A stretch of 64,000 bases of DNA from Phycisphaerae bacterium. Lineage in GTDB: Bacteria; Planctomycetota; Phycisphaerae; UBA1845; Fen-1342. The stretch covers positions 128,001 to 192,000 of the forward strand of contig JASFQK010000002.1 of NCBI GenBank assembly GCA_050115495.1, written 5' to 3'. Numbering within the stretch: position 1 is the first letter of the stretch; every line of letters begins with the position of its first letter. The notes below the pieces were generated by a model. That model worked only from the letters and a program-made list of their open reading frames with translations, ran no database searches and was not told the DNA's origin. Positions 25,649 through 36,120 of the stretch are shown here, one piece after another. The position numbers were made by a program, and so were the translations under genes.

Positions 25649-28600
25649 TCACGGACGGGCCGCCGGCGTGGTCGCCGACTCCGTCGGGGTCTGCAACGCC
25701 TGCTCGAAGGCCTCGATGTCCTGCACGTCGAGCCAGCCGTCGCCGTTCAGATCCGCCGCCGCGAACTCGCCTTGACCGGTGGCCCGCAGCTCGGCGAGAG
25801 AGATGGCCAGGATGGGCTGGTCACCGCCGAAGGCGCCGAGCAGGCAGCAGTCCGGCTCGCAGAGAGCCAGGAAGTTGTTGCGGAAGTAGGTGAAGTCCTC
25901 CTGCCAGACGACGCCGTTGCCGCTGAAGTCGGCGTGGAAACGCGGCGGCGCGGCATGGGGATCCCACATGCCGCACGGCGTGTTCCCATCGTCGACGCCG
26001 TCGCCGTTGCTGTCGAAGTGTGTGCCCGACAGGCAGACGAACACGCCATAGTCGCGCACGTCGATCACGCAGTCACCGTTGGCGTTTCCGCTGATCAGCA
26101 GCTTGTCGGCGGTGACGAAGTCGGCGCGGTACATGCCGTCCTGGAGGCCGAAGTCGGGCGCGCTCAACGTGCGGCGGACCGTATGCAGCGGGTCGCGGGC
26201 GGTGATGCACGTGTAGTCGCCGGCAGGGATGTCCGTGAGCACGGCGTGGGCCAGGCCGACCGTGTGCGAGCCGTCTCCGCTATCGACGAAGGTGAGCATC
26301 GCCTCGTACTCGACCGGCGGCAGCTCGGGCATGTCGCAGTTCCACAGCTCGAAGAGGAGACAGCGGTCGAGCATGCCCTCGGTGGGGATGTTGACCTGCA
26401 TTTCGATGGTCACTTCGAGGGCGGAGAGATCGACGATCACGACGTCGAAGGTGCAGATGGTGGTGTTGCCGGCCGCGTCCCCGGCGGTGTACGTCACGGT
26501 GTTCGTGCCCATCTCGAAGAAGTCGCCGGGGCTGTGCGTGCTCTCCCAGACGGTGACGCCGCAATTGTCGGTCGCGTTGGGCTCGGTCCAGGTGATGATG
26601 GCGCCCATCTCGCCGGGATCGGGACCGCGGACGATGTCCTGCGGGCAGCCCTCGATGAGCGGGGCCTCGACGTCGCTGATGGTCACGAGGAACGTCTGCG
26701 GATCTGATTCGAGCTGGCACGCATCGCGGGCAACGGCCTGGACCGTCGTTTCCCCGACCGGGAACTCGTACGGGTTGGTGATGGGCTCGTCGAAGACGCC
26801 CGAGCCCGGCTCACTCTCGATCGCGTAGAGGACTTCGGGATCGGCCGTGCAGTTGTCGGTCGCGGTGACCGCGAGTGTGAGGACGGCGCCGCACAGGCCC
26901 GTGTCGTTGTCGGCGCTCAGCGGCGGACAGGTGCCCAGGATTGGCGGCGTAGTGTCCTGAACGTTGATGAGCTGCGTCACCGTCGTTGTGTTGTCGCAGG
27001 CGTCGGTGGCGGTCCAGGTGCGGGTGATCGTGTACTCGTCCGGGCAGGAGCCGGGCGTGATCGACTGGCCGTCGTAGGTGGCCGCCTGCACCTCCGGGTC
27101 GCAGGCGTCCGACGCCGGGAGCGTCGCCGGCGCGTCGGGGATCGCGTCGCATTCGACGGTCGTGTCGGCGGGCGGATCATCGACCTGCGGTCCGATCGTG
27201 TCGATCACGCCGATGAGCTGGACCTGTGTGCACTCGAGATCACACTCGTCCGTGACGCGCCACGTGCGCGTGATGACGTACGTGCCGCCGCAGCCGGGTT
27301 CGATCTCGTCGCTGTGCGTGATCGTCACGTCGCCGCAGGTGTCGGCGCCGGTCGGCGTGCCGGTGTCGCCGGGTTCATCGGGGCATTGCACGACGGCGTC
27401 GGGCGGGAAGCTGGTGAAGGTGGGTGGCGTTGTGTCGCTGACGCCGATGAGCTGTGCTCGCTCGGTGAAGTTGCCGCAGTCATCCGTGACACGCCAGGTG
27501 CGGGTGGTGGTGTACGTGTCGCCGCAACCCTGGACGGTTTCGTCCACGTGCGTGATGGTCACGTCACCGCAGCCGTCGCGGCCGGTGGGCGCGCCGGTAT
27601 CGCCCGGCTCGTTGGGGCACTCGACCAGCACGTCCTCCGGGAAGCTGGTGAACGTGGGCGCCGTGGTGTCCTCGACGGTGATCACCTGGTCCTGCTCGCG
27701 GAAGAGCCCGCATTCGTCCTCGATATGCCAGGTGCGAGTGATGATCCCGGTCAGGCCGCAGCCGGGCTCGACATCGTCACTGTAGGTGATCGTGACGTCG
27801 CCGCAGGTGTCGTGGCCGGTCGCGGTGCCGGTGGCCCACGGACTCGTCGGCGAGCCGCACTCGACGGTCCGGTCGGGCGGGAAATCGTCCCACTGTGGGG
27901 TGGTCGTGTCCCGGATGACGATTATCTGGTCGCGTTCGGCGACGTTCTCGCATTCATCCTCGATGTGCCAGGTGCGGGTGATGATCCCGGTCAGGCCGCA
28001 GCCGGGCTCGACGTCGTCACTGTAGGTGATGGTGACGTCGCCGCAGGTGTCGTGGCCGGTCGGCGTGCCCGTCGCCGACGGGTCGGTGGCTGAGCCGCAC
28101 TCGATGGTCCGGTCGGGCGGGAAATCGTCCCACTGCGGGTCGGTCGTGTCCTGGACGATGATCTGCTGCACGCGCTCGACGAAGTTGCCGCAGGCGTCCT
28201 CGGCTCGCCAGGTACGGTGGATCGTTCCCGTATTGCCGCAGCCGGGGATGATCTCGTCACTGTAGGTGAGGGTGGGCGTGCCGCAATCATCGCTGGCGGT
28301 CGGCGTGCCCGTCTCGCCCGGCTCGGCGGGGCATTCGACGATGACGTCCTCGGGGAACGTGTCGAAGGTGGGCGCCGTGTTGTCCTCGATGGTGATGAGC
28401 TGCGTGCAGGATGCATAGTTGCCGGCGCCGTCGGTGACGCCGTACGTGCGTTCGATGACCAGCGGGTCACCGGCGCAGCCGCTGCCGCCGTTGCTGGTCT
28501 CATTTTCGAGCGTGAAGGTCGGATCGCCGCAGTACGACGAGCCGGCGTCGTAGAACGTTCCACCCTGCGCTTCGAACTCCGCCGTGGTCGTCGCCGCCGG

Positions 28601-29311
28601 CGGCAGGTCCACGAGGCAGGAGATCACGAGCGTCGGCGGGCACGTGACCTCGGGCGGCGTGGCGTCGATGTAGATCTGCGTGTATTCGAGGTAGGCCGAG
28701 TAGTTCTGGAACTCCGGGTCGTAGAACCGGGTCCACGGCGGCGGGAAGCGGAAGGCGACCGTGGCCGGTCCCTCCTCCTGGGCGGCGGTGAAGGTTAGCG
28801 TCACAAGGTCGGCATCTTCCTGCGTGGGCGACTGGTCACTGGTGACGGCCGCCCCGAGTTGCAGGTACTCGCCGGAAGGACCATATGGCTCGATGGGGGT
28901 GAACGCCGGCAGGCCGTAGGGCGTCGGTGTGTACGCGCCCTCGACGAAGGTCAGGCGTGTCGGATCGAAGATAAGATAGGCGAAGTAGCCCTGCATCGGG
29001 CGCGACAGGCACTCTTGCGCAAGCACGACCGTCACGGTGTCGCCCGGACGTACACAGGGTGAGCCGTTGCCGTTCATGGATAGGCGTAGCGTGTTCGGCT
29101 CGCACTCGCGGCCGGCCGGCCGCACGCCCGGGGGAATGAGATGCTGCACGAAGGCAGCGCCGGTCGCCGGGTCGGGATTTGGCGGCTCCGGGAGATCGGC
29201 TGACGCCGGGACTGGCGTCGCTACGACACACAGCAGAGCCATCGTGAGCAGGATTGCAGGAAGGCCCGCGGTCTCGCCGCGTTTTCGGGGGGGAGTCAGT
29301 GGCAGGTACAT
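25649..29311 (-). CDS. Large secreted protein: cohesin-like domain, Cys-rich HYR-like repeats and dockerin-like C-terminus
   Basis: Signal peptide; repeated DTT.P.....P.D..VEC...TG.PT..D.CG...ITRTW; DLNGDGWLDVQD. Confidence 0.85.
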   Translation of the reverse strand: MYLPLTPPRKRGETAGLPAILLTMALLCVVATPVPASADLPEPPNPDPATGAAFVQHLIPPGVRPAGRECEPNTLRLSMNGNGSPCVRPGDTVTVVLAQECLSRPMQGYFAYLIFDPTRLTFVEGAYTPTPYGLPAFTPIEPYGPSGEYLQLGAAVTSDQSPTQEDADLVTLTFTAAQEEGPATVAFRFPPPWTRFYDPEFQNYSAYLEYTQIYIDATPPEVTCPPTLVISCLVDLPPAATTTAEFEAQGGTFYDAGSSYCGDPTFTLENETSNGGSGCAGDPLVIERTYGVTDGAGNYASCTQLITIEDNTAPTFDTFPEDVIVECPAEPGETGTPTASDDCGTPTLTYSDEIIPGCGNTGTIHRTWRAEDACGNFVERVQQIIVQDTTDPQWDDFPPDRTIECGSATDPSATGTPTGHDTCGDVTITYSDDVEPGCGLTGIITRTWHIEDECENVAERDQIIVIRDTTTPQWDDFPPDRTVECGSPTSPWATGTATGHDTCGDVTITYSDDVEPGCGLTGIITRTWHIEDECGLFREQDQVITVEDTTAPTFTSFPEDVLVECPNEPGDTGAPTGRDGCGDVTITHVDETVQGCGDTYTTTRTWRVTDDCGNFTERAQLIGVSDTTPPTFTSFPPDAVVQCPDEPGDTGTPTGADTCGDVTITHSDEIEPGCGGTYVITRTWRVTDECDLECTQVQLIGVIDTIGPQVDDPPADTTVECDAIPDAPATLPASDACDPEVQAATYDGQSITPGSCPDEYTITRTWTATDACDNTTTVTQLINVQDTTPPILGTCPPLSADNDTGLCGAVLTLAVTATDNCTADPEVLYAIESEPGSGVFDEPITNPYEFPVGETTVQAVARDACQLESDPQTFLVTISDVEAPLIEGCPQDIVRGPDPGEMGAIITWTEPNATDNCGVTVWESTHSPGDFFEMGTNTVTYTAGDAAGNTTICTFDVVIVDLSALEVTIEMQVNIPTEGMLDRCLLFELWNCDMPELPPVEYEAMLTFVDSGDGSHTVGLAHAVLTDIPAGDYTCITARDPLHTVRRTLSAPDFGLQDGMYRADFVTADKLLISGNANGDCVIDVRDYGVFVCLSGTHFDSNGDGVDDGNTPCGMWDPHAAPPRFHADFSGNGVVWQEDFTYFRNNFLALCEPDCCLLGAFGGDQPILAISLAELRATGQGEFAAADLNGDGWLDVQDIEAFEQALQTPTESATTPAARP
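27721..28200. repeat. 240-bp (80-codon) near-identical tandem intragenic duplication
   Basis: 27721-27960 and 27961-28200 align in register with mostly third-position differences over much of their length. Confidence 0.8.
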
Positions 29312-29525
29312 GGCTGTCGGTCCTCGCTTCGTTTTGTTCGCCGGCAGGCACGCGGCATTACGCGTGGCCCAGCGGCGAACCGCCGGCGGGAGTGGTCAGA
29401 GAATGACCACCCCGGCCCTTGGCCGGCGGCCAACGGCGCGACCCGGCACCGTCGGCATGTCCTCCGTTCCCATTTAGCGACCGGCCTGCGCCGCCGGGGC
29501 GGTCGGCCGGTGCCGTCGCGCCGGG

Positions 29526-32500
29526 TCAATCGCCCGGCACGGTCGATCCCTTCGGGTGGTCCTCGATGATCAGGGGCCCGGCGCCGTCGGCGAAGGCCTC
29601 GAGGTCCAGGCGATCCAGGCGGCCGTCGCCGTTCAAGTCGGCGATGGCCAGCTCTTCCAGCCCCAGGACCTGCAGGTCGAAGACGGAGATGGACTCCAGC
29701 GGCGCGTCGAACCAGTGCGCGCTCATGTTGAACGTCTGGCAGCAGTTCACGTCGGACCACACCAGGAAGTTGACGCGTACGTACTCGAAGTCCTCACGCC
29801 AGGCGCAGCCGTTGCTGCTGAAGTCAGCGTGGTAGCGGGCCGGCTGGGCGTGCGGATCCCACATACCGCACGGCGTGTTGCCGTCGTCGACGCCGTCGCC
29901 GTCGCTGTCGTAGTGCGGGTGCGACATCTCACAGACGAGGATGCCGTAGTCGCGGATGTCGATGTAGTTGTCGTCGTTGCCATTGCCGCCCAGCAGCACG
30001 TTGGCGGGGCCGACGAACTCCGCCGCGTAGTGGTCGCCTTCGACGGCCAGGTCGACCGTGCGGCGAATGGTGTGCAGCTTATCGCGGGCGGTGATGCAGT
30101 TGAACGCGCCGCACGGCGCGTCGGGCAGCAGGGCCTCGGCGATGGCCACCGTGTGCGTGCCGTCGCCGGAATCGACGAACGTGAGCATGGTTTCGTAGAT
30201 TTCGGGCTGCGGGTTTGGCTCGTCGCAGTTCCACAGTTCGAAGGTGATGCAGCGGTCGACTGTGTCGTTCGGCTCGCCGGCGCAGGCCACCTGCATGGCC
30301 ACGCGGACGCGCAGCGGCGTGTAGGGCGCTACATCGACGTAGAACGTGCAGTCCGTCTGGTTGCCGGCGCGGTCCTCCGCCGTATACGTCACCGGCGTGA
30401 CCCCGGCCTCGAACCAGTCGCCGGGCGAGTGCGTGGACGACACGCCCATCAACTCGCAGTCGTCCGTCGCCTGCGGCTCGGTCCAGGTGACGTACGCCCC
30501 GCACTGCCCCGGCAGCGGTGTCGCGTTGATCGTGTCAAAGGGTTCCTCGGCGGTGGCTTCCACCGGCGGGCAGGGATAACCGGGAACGTCGAACGCCGGC
30601 GGAACGTTGTCCACCACCGTCACGTAGAAGATGCACTGCTCGGACTCGTTGCCGGCACCGTCCAGCGCCCGGTAGATCACCGGCGTCGAGCCGACCGGGA
30701 AGATCTCACCCGGGTTGTGGTTCGTCTGCCAGTCGGTCACGCTGCAATTGTCGGTCGCCGTCGGCAGCGGCCAGAACACCTGCGCCTCGCACGCCCCCGG
30801 CGGATCCTGCGGGACGACGACGTCCTCCGGGCAGGTGACGATTTCCGGCGCCTCGGTATCGCGCACCGTGACCTGGAACGTGCAGGGCAGCACCGAGGGC
30901 TGGCCGGTCGAGTCGAACGCTTCGACCGTGACCGTCGTCGTGCCGACCAGGAAGAAGTGCGGACTGGTGATCTCGTTGAAGCCGATGCGGTAGCGGATGA
31001 TCACGCCCGGGGCGTCGTCGCAGGCCCAGGCCTCGAAGGCCACCTCGGCCCCACACTCGTCCGGGTCGTTCGGGTACTCATCGACCCAGTTGTCGACCCA
31101 CGTCTCACGCCACTGCTCGTAATCGCCGGAGGGATACCATGTTTCGTCGCAGCCCGTGCAGCCGGCGTTGCCGGGGCAGCAGATGACGGGCCGCTCGTTC
31201 TCGATGACGACCTCGAAGATCAGCTCGGCCGTTCCGCGCGACTCGTCCGAGGCCACGGCCTTCACCAGCGTGGCGACGTCCTGCGGGAACAGGTGAGGCA
31301 GATCGCGCGGCAGGGAAACGTCGAAGACGCCCGGCGAGCTCTCCAGCCAGTAGGTGATCGGTTGCAGGAACTCGGCGCAGTTGTCGATCGCCGAGATGCA
31401 GTCGGCTTCACCGCCACCGCCGCACTCGAAATCGACGGACGGCGTGAGCCACGCCCCATCGTTCGGCGGCTCCGGCGGGAAGGTGAAGCGCTCCGGACCG
31501 GAGATCACCGGCGGCTGCTCGTCGCCGATCTCGACCGTGAACGTGCAGGTGGGGCTCGCGTTCTCGCAGTCGTCGATCGCTTCGGCCTGGACGGTCGCCG
31601 TCCCCACGTCGAACACGTGCGGGCTGGTGATGGGCTGGTCGTCGATGAAGAAGTGGACGTCGGGATCGGCGTCGCAATCGTCATGGGCCTCGACGAGCGC
31701 CAGGAGATCGACGCTGGCGCTGCACACGTCGGGGTCGTTGGCTTGGTACAGGTCGTCGCATTCCAGCGTCGGCGGCCTCGTGTCCTCGATCGTGAACGTC
31801 GCGGAGAGGGACTCTGCGCTGTTGTCGCACTGATCCGTCGCCCAGAACGTGACTAGCACGTGCTTCGCCTCGCCGCAGTCGACGACCCAGTGCGACGGAT
31901 CGAAGTCGTTGTGCCACTCCGCCGGCGGGCTGCACGTGTCGGACGCCTGTGGGGCATTGAGCCATTCGTCGAACTCGGCCGGGTTCACATCGCCGTTGCA
32001 CTCGACGGTGCGGTCGACCGGGGCAGTGTCCACCGTCGGCGGCGTCGTATCCACGATCCAGAACGTCGCCCACGTCGGCGAGCCGTCGTTGCCGCACTGG
32101 TCCCACGGTGTGAAGGAGACGGTGATGTGCTTCGCCCCGCCGCAGTCGGCGATCCATTGCAAGGATTCGTAGTTGTCGGTCCACGTCACCGGCGGGCTGC
32201 ACACGTCGGAGGCCTCGGCCCCGCCGTGGCTGTTACGCCAGTCGTTGAACTCCTGCTCGTTGCCGGCGCCGTCGCATTCGGCGAGGCCGTCGGTGGCTTC
32301 GGGCTCCACCGTCGGCGGCGTAGTGTCCACGATCCAGAACGTCGCCTGCCGCGGCTCGGCGGCGTTGTCGCAATCGTCCTTCGGCGTGAAGGCCACGACG
32401 ACGTGTTTCGCCCCGCCGCAGTCGGCGACCCAGTTCGCCGGCGCGAAGTCGTTCTGCCACGTCACGGGTTCGCTGCACAGGTCGGAGGCTTCACCCCCGC

Positions 32501-35500
32501 CGTGGCTGTTGAGCCACGCGTTGAACTCCGCTCGATTCCCGTTGCCATCGCATTCGACGGTGCAGTCCGCCGGCATTGTGTCGATGTTCGGCGGCGTCGT
32601 ATCCACGATCCAGAACGTCGCGGACGTGGACTCGCCGCCGATGCCGCACGCATCCTTCGGCGTGAACGTGACGAGCACGTGCTTGGCGCCACCGCAGTCG
32701 GTGACCCAATTCGCCGAGTCGTAGTCATCGGTCCACGTCACCGGCTCGCTGCACAGATCGGAGGCCGCGGCCCCGCCGTGGCTGTCACGCCAGGCGCCGA
32801 ACTCCGCCGGGTTGCCGGCACCGTCGCATTCGACCGTCGCGTCGCTGGCCGGCGTGTCCAGCGTCGGCGGCGTGGTGTCCACGATCCAGAACGTCGCGGA
32901 CACGGGCTCGGTGCTGTTGTCGCACTGGTCCGTCGCCCAGAATGCCACCGTCACGTGCTTCGCACCGCCGCAGTCGGCGACCCAGTGCGACGGGTCATAG
33001 TCGTTGTGCCACTCTGCCGGCGGACTGCACACGTCGGACGCCTCGGCCCCGGCGTGCGTCGTGAGCCAGTCGTCGAATTCCTGCACATTGCCGGCACCAT
33101 CGCACTCGACGGTCTGGTCGGTGGGCTCGGTGTCGAACACCGGTGGCGTGGTGTCCACGATCCAGAACGTCGCGGACATGGGCTCGGTGCCGTTGCCGCA
33201 CTCGTCCGTCGCCCAGAACGTCACGGTGACGTGTTTCGCCCCGCCGCAGTCGGCGACCCAGTTCTCCGGCTCGTAGTCGTTGTGCCACGTGGCGGGCGGG
33301 CTGCACGTATCGGACGCCTGTGGGGCGTTGAGCCACTCATCGAATTCGTCCAGGTTCCCGGCGCCGTCGCATTCGACGGTGCGGTCCGCCGGCGGTTCAT
33401 CGACGGTCGGCGGCGTGGTATCCACGATCCAGAACATCGCCTGCCGCGGCTCGGCGGCGTTGCCACAATCGTCCTTCGGCGTGAAGGCCACAACGACATG
33501 TTTCGCCCCGCCGCAATCAGCGACCCAGTGGCTCTCGTCGTAGTCGTGTTCCCAGGCCACGTCGTCGCAGAGGTCCAACGCCGCGCCGCCGCCGTGGCTG
33601 TCGAGCCAGCCGCTGAGTTCCTGTAGGTTGCCGGCGCCGTCGCACTCGGCGGTCTCGTCCTGCGGTGACTGCGTCCACTCCGGCGGCGTCGTGTCCGCGA
33701 TCCAGAACGTGGCCAAGGTCGCCGGACCCTCGTTGTCACACGCGTCCCACGGCGTGAAAGCGACTTCGACGTGCTTGGCGCCGCCGCAATCGGCAACCCA
33801 GAGGCTCTCGTCGTAGTCGTCCGTCCAGGTTACGTCGCTGCAATTGTCCGTGGCCTCCCCGCCGCCGTGGTTGTCGAGCCAGTCATTGAACGGCTGCACG
33901 TTGCCCAGGCCGTCGCATTCGACGGTCTCGTCGTCGGCGTCGGTTTCGATCTCGGGCGGCGTGTCGTCGATGACCGTGATGCGGCGTGTGCATTCAGCCG
34001 TGTTGCCGGCACCGTCCGTGGCGAGATAGACACGCCTGAGAACGTACACGTCTCCAGGACAGCCCGCACCATTGAGTTCAACGTCTTCGCTCGACAGCGT
34101 CACTTCGATCGGGCAGTAGCCGGCGCTGCCGTCATCGACCCAACCGTTGTCCGGGTTGTCATCGAAGAAGTCTTCGATGTCCTCTTCGGGCGTCGGAATG
34201 TCCGCCATGCACTGCACCTGCTCGTCGACGCAGTGGATCTCCGGGTCCGTGCCATCGATGAGAATCCCCTGGTACCAGAACGTGGGCGGGAACGTGCCGC
34301 TCGTGCACCTGAAGAAGAGTGACGGCATCTCCGGCGCCGTGTGGTCGAACAGGATGTAGGCGAGGCCCTCTTCGGTCGCGGTCATAAACGTCAGCACAAC
34401 GAGGTCGGCGTCATCGCTTGAGCAGGGCTGACCGTCGGCGATCGTTGCCGTCAGGTCGATGTTGGGTCCGTTGGCGGTGATGGGGATCTCCCAGTCGCCA
34501 TAGGGTTCTGCCGTGTAGTGGCCGTTTTTGAATGTGAGCTGGTTGTCGTCGAACCACAGACGAGTCTGAAAGCCGCGCATCGCCTCGGTCATGTTCGACT
34601 GCGAGAGAATGACCGTGAGTTCGTGTTCGGGCGGGACGCAGAAATCGTCGCCGTCGTCGACGGATAGCCCCAGCATGTTTGGGTAACCCAGTCCGCGCAG
34701 GCGCACGCCCGCGCCGGAGCCGGCCCAATGGCCGGCGCCCTCCGGCCTTCCCGACACGTCGAGGTGGCGCCCGATGATGGCGGCCCCGGGATCGGTGAAG
34801 ACCGGGAAGACGTCGGCATCAGAACCTGGCTCCCCTTCCTGCCAGGACAGTGGCAAGATCTCGACCAGGAAACGGCGGCTGATGGTGAAGTCCAGGCCGG
34901 CGGCGCTCAGGTCGAGCAGCCCCGTCCGCACGACGTACGTCCCCGCGGCCGGCAGATCGAGCGGCGCGAAGCGGTACGCCAGCGTGCTGACGGGCGCATC
35001 CGGAAGTTGCGCCGGCACGTCACCCGACGGGGGCAGCGTGTAGAACGAGACGAGCACGTACGGCTCCACGATCTCGTGTGCCGCTGCACTGCGTACGCCG
35101 AACGTGAACTCGCACTCCGTCACGTGGCTTTGTGTGGCCGCCGGCCCCGAGCCCAACTCGGCGATGCGCCGGGCAGCGTACGTCCGACCCGCCGGCCCGC
35201 AGTTCCAGTACCAGAAGCCGCCGTCGGTCGGGCGCATCGCGCAGAAGAGCTCGGCCGGCCCCTGCGTCCCACCGTCCGGCGGTGCCGGTACGGCGCCGAG
35301 CGGGACCGCGCGCAGCGTACCCGCGATCGCCTCTGGTGTAGCATCATTAGCTGTAGGCTCATTGGCTACAACGCAGTTCGCTTTCAAGCGCGCGTAGTCG
35401 GCCGCGCTGACTGGCGTCTGGGCATGGGCTGAACGGGTGTCCACCAGCCAGGCGACAAATACGGACACTGCAATCGTGGTGAAGCAGATACGACGCCGGC

Positions 35501-35522
35501 GCGAGCGATTCTCGGTAGACAT
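29526..35522 (-). CDS. Giant (1998 aa) secreted HYR-repeat protein, paralog of 25649-29311
   Basis: Signal peptide (AHA); cohesin-like region; 8 repeats of W..DCG.AKH; HYR domains; C-terminus shares CITARD.LHT, DGDGVDDGNTPCGMWDPHA and DLNGDG.LD with its neighbour. Confidence 0.85.
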   Translation of the reverse strand: MSTENRSRRRRICFTTIAVSVFVAWLVDTRSAHAQTPVSAADYARLKANCVVANEPTANDATPEAIAGTLRAVPLGAVPAPPDGGTQGPAELFCAMRPTDGGFWYWNCGPAGRTYAARRIAELGSGPAATQSHVTECEFTFGVRSAAAHEIVEPYVLVSFYTLPPSGDVPAQLPDAPVSTLAYRFAPLDLPAAGTYVVRTGLLDLSAAGLDFTISRRFLVEILPLSWQEGEPGSDADVFPVFTDPGAAIIGRHLDVSGRPEGAGHWAGSGAGVRLRGLGYPNMLGLSVDDGDDFCVPPEHELTVILSQSNMTEAMRGFQTRLWFDDNQLTFKNGHYTAEPYGDWEIPITANGPNIDLTATIADGQPCSSDDADLVVLTFMTATEEGLAYILFDHTAPEMPSLFFRCTSGTFPPTFWYQGILIDGTDPEIHCVDEQVQCMADIPTPEEDIEDFFDDNPDNGWVDDGSAGYCPIEVTLSSEDVELNGAGCPGDVYVLRRVYLATDGAGNTAECTRRITVIDDTPPEIETDADDETVECDGLGNVQPFNDWLDNHGGGEATDNCSDVTWTDDYDESLWVADCGGAKHVEVAFTPWDACDNEGPATLATFWIADTTPPEWTQSPQDETAECDGAGNLQELSGWLDSHGGGAALDLCDDVAWEHDYDESHWVADCGGAKHVVVAFTPKDDCGNAAEPRQAMFWIVDTTPPTVDEPPADRTVECDGAGNLDEFDEWLNAPQASDTCSPPATWHNDYEPENWVADCGGAKHVTVTFWATDECGNGTEPMSATFWIVDTTPPVFDTEPTDQTVECDGAGNVQEFDDWLTTHAGAEASDVCSPPAEWHNDYDPSHWVADCGGAKHVTVAFWATDQCDNSTEPVSATFWIVDTTPPTLDTPASDATVECDGAGNPAEFGAWRDSHGGAAASDLCSEPVTWTDDYDSANWVTDCGGAKHVLVTFTPKDACGIGGESTSATFWIVDTTPPNIDTMPADCTVECDGNGNRAEFNAWLNSHGGGEASDLCSEPVTWQNDFAPANWVADCGGAKHVVVAFTPKDDCDNAAEPRQATFWIVDTTPPTVEPEATDGLAECDGAGNEQEFNDWRNSHGGAEASDVCSPPVTWTDNYESLQWIADCGGAKHITVSFTPWDQCGNDGSPTWATFWIVDTTPPTVDTAPVDRTVECNGDVNPAEFDEWLNAPQASDTCSPPAEWHNDFDPSHWVVDCGEAKHVLVTFWATDQCDNSAESLSATFTIEDTRPPTLECDDLYQANDPDVCSASVDLLALVEAHDDCDADPDVHFFIDDQPITSPHVFDVGTATVQAEAIDDCENASPTCTFTVEIGDEQPPVISGPERFTFPPEPPNDGAWLTPSVDFECGGGGEADCISAIDNCAEFLQPITYWLESSPGVFDVSLPRDLPHLFPQDVATLVKAVASDESRGTAELIFEVVIENERPVICCPGNAGCTGCDETWYPSGDYEQWRETWVDNWVDEYPNDPDECGAEVAFEAWACDDAPGVIIRYRIGFNEITSPHFFLVGTTTVTVEAFDSTGQPSVLPCTFQVTVRDTEAPEIVTCPEDVVVPQDPPGACEAQVFWPLPTATDNCSVTDWQTNHNPGEIFPVGSTPVIYRALDGAGNESEQCIFYVTVVDNVPPAFDVPGYPCPPVEATAEEPFDTINATPLPGQCGAYVTWTEPQATDDCELMGVSSTHSPGDWFEAGVTPVTYTAEDRAGNQTDCTFYVDVAPYTPLRVRVAMQVACAGEPNDTVDRCITFELWNCDEPNPQPEIYETMLTFVDSGDGTHTVAIAEALLPDAPCGAFNCITARDKLHTIRRTVDLAVEGDHYAAEFVGPANVLLGGNGNDDNYIDIRDYGILVCEMSHPHYDSDGDGVDDGNTPCGMWDPHAQPARYHADFSSNGCAWREDFEYVRVNFLVWSDVNCCQTFNMSAHWFDAPLESISVFDLQVLGLEELAIADLNGDGRLDRLDLEAFADGAGPLIIEDHPKGSTVPGD
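31770..33970. repeat. Eight tandem intragenic repeats of about 86-90 codons
   Basis: DTTPP...VECDG.GN..EF..W.....ASD.CS....W..D.....WVADCGGAKHV.V.F...D.C recurs 8 times. Confidence 0.85.
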
Positions 35523-35968
35523 GGCTCACCATCCTTACATGCTGCCCTCTGGCGCCTGGCGCGCTGTTGCGCAGCCCCCGCGCCGTGCCTCTCTCAGACC
35601 TTCCGCCCGGGTCAGTGGCTGTTGTGCTAACGCCGACCTGGCCCTACGTCTGTTGCCGGGGTGGCGAGGCGAACGAGGTGATGTCTGTGATGTGCCGGCG
35701 CGCCCCGGCGCGATGGTGAGCGCGCAGCACTGACGCTGCAGCCACCGCGCAAGGAGAAGCACACGCCCAACATCGGTCCCCATTCTCCAGGCACCGCTGG
35801 CGCCGCCGCGCGCAGACGCGCAGACGTGATACAAACTTGGCACACCCAGCGGCCAGCCCGGCGCCGCGTTGAAAGAAGTGCGTCCCTGCTGAAAGGCCCG
35901 AATGCCCGTCCTTGAAGTGGTCGCGTCCCCCTTCTGCTGGGAAACGACCTGCACGTTACCGCTTACGA

Positions 35969-35997
35969 TGTATAACTCATACGGCGCGGCAAGTCAA
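35969..35997 (-). promoter_or_regulatory. Possible sigma70-like promoter for the HYR gene pair
   Basis: TTGACT-17 nt-TATACA in a locally AT-rich patch, about 440 nt upstream of the ATG. Confidence 0.35.
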
Positions 35998-36120
35998 TAC
36001 ACGCTTGGCTGGATAGGCGACATGTACGCCAGAACTGCGTCTCGTGCGCGCGCACGAGTGACCGGAAGCGGTGCGCGCAAACGCGAACGCGCGTGAACGA
36101 GCACTGTGTCCAGTAGTGAA

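Noticed and set aside
35870..35950. c-di-GMP-I riboswitch in the HYR leader (GGGACGCA on the minus strand)
   Set aside because: The upstream GGCAAACC/GAAA tetraloop stem is absent.
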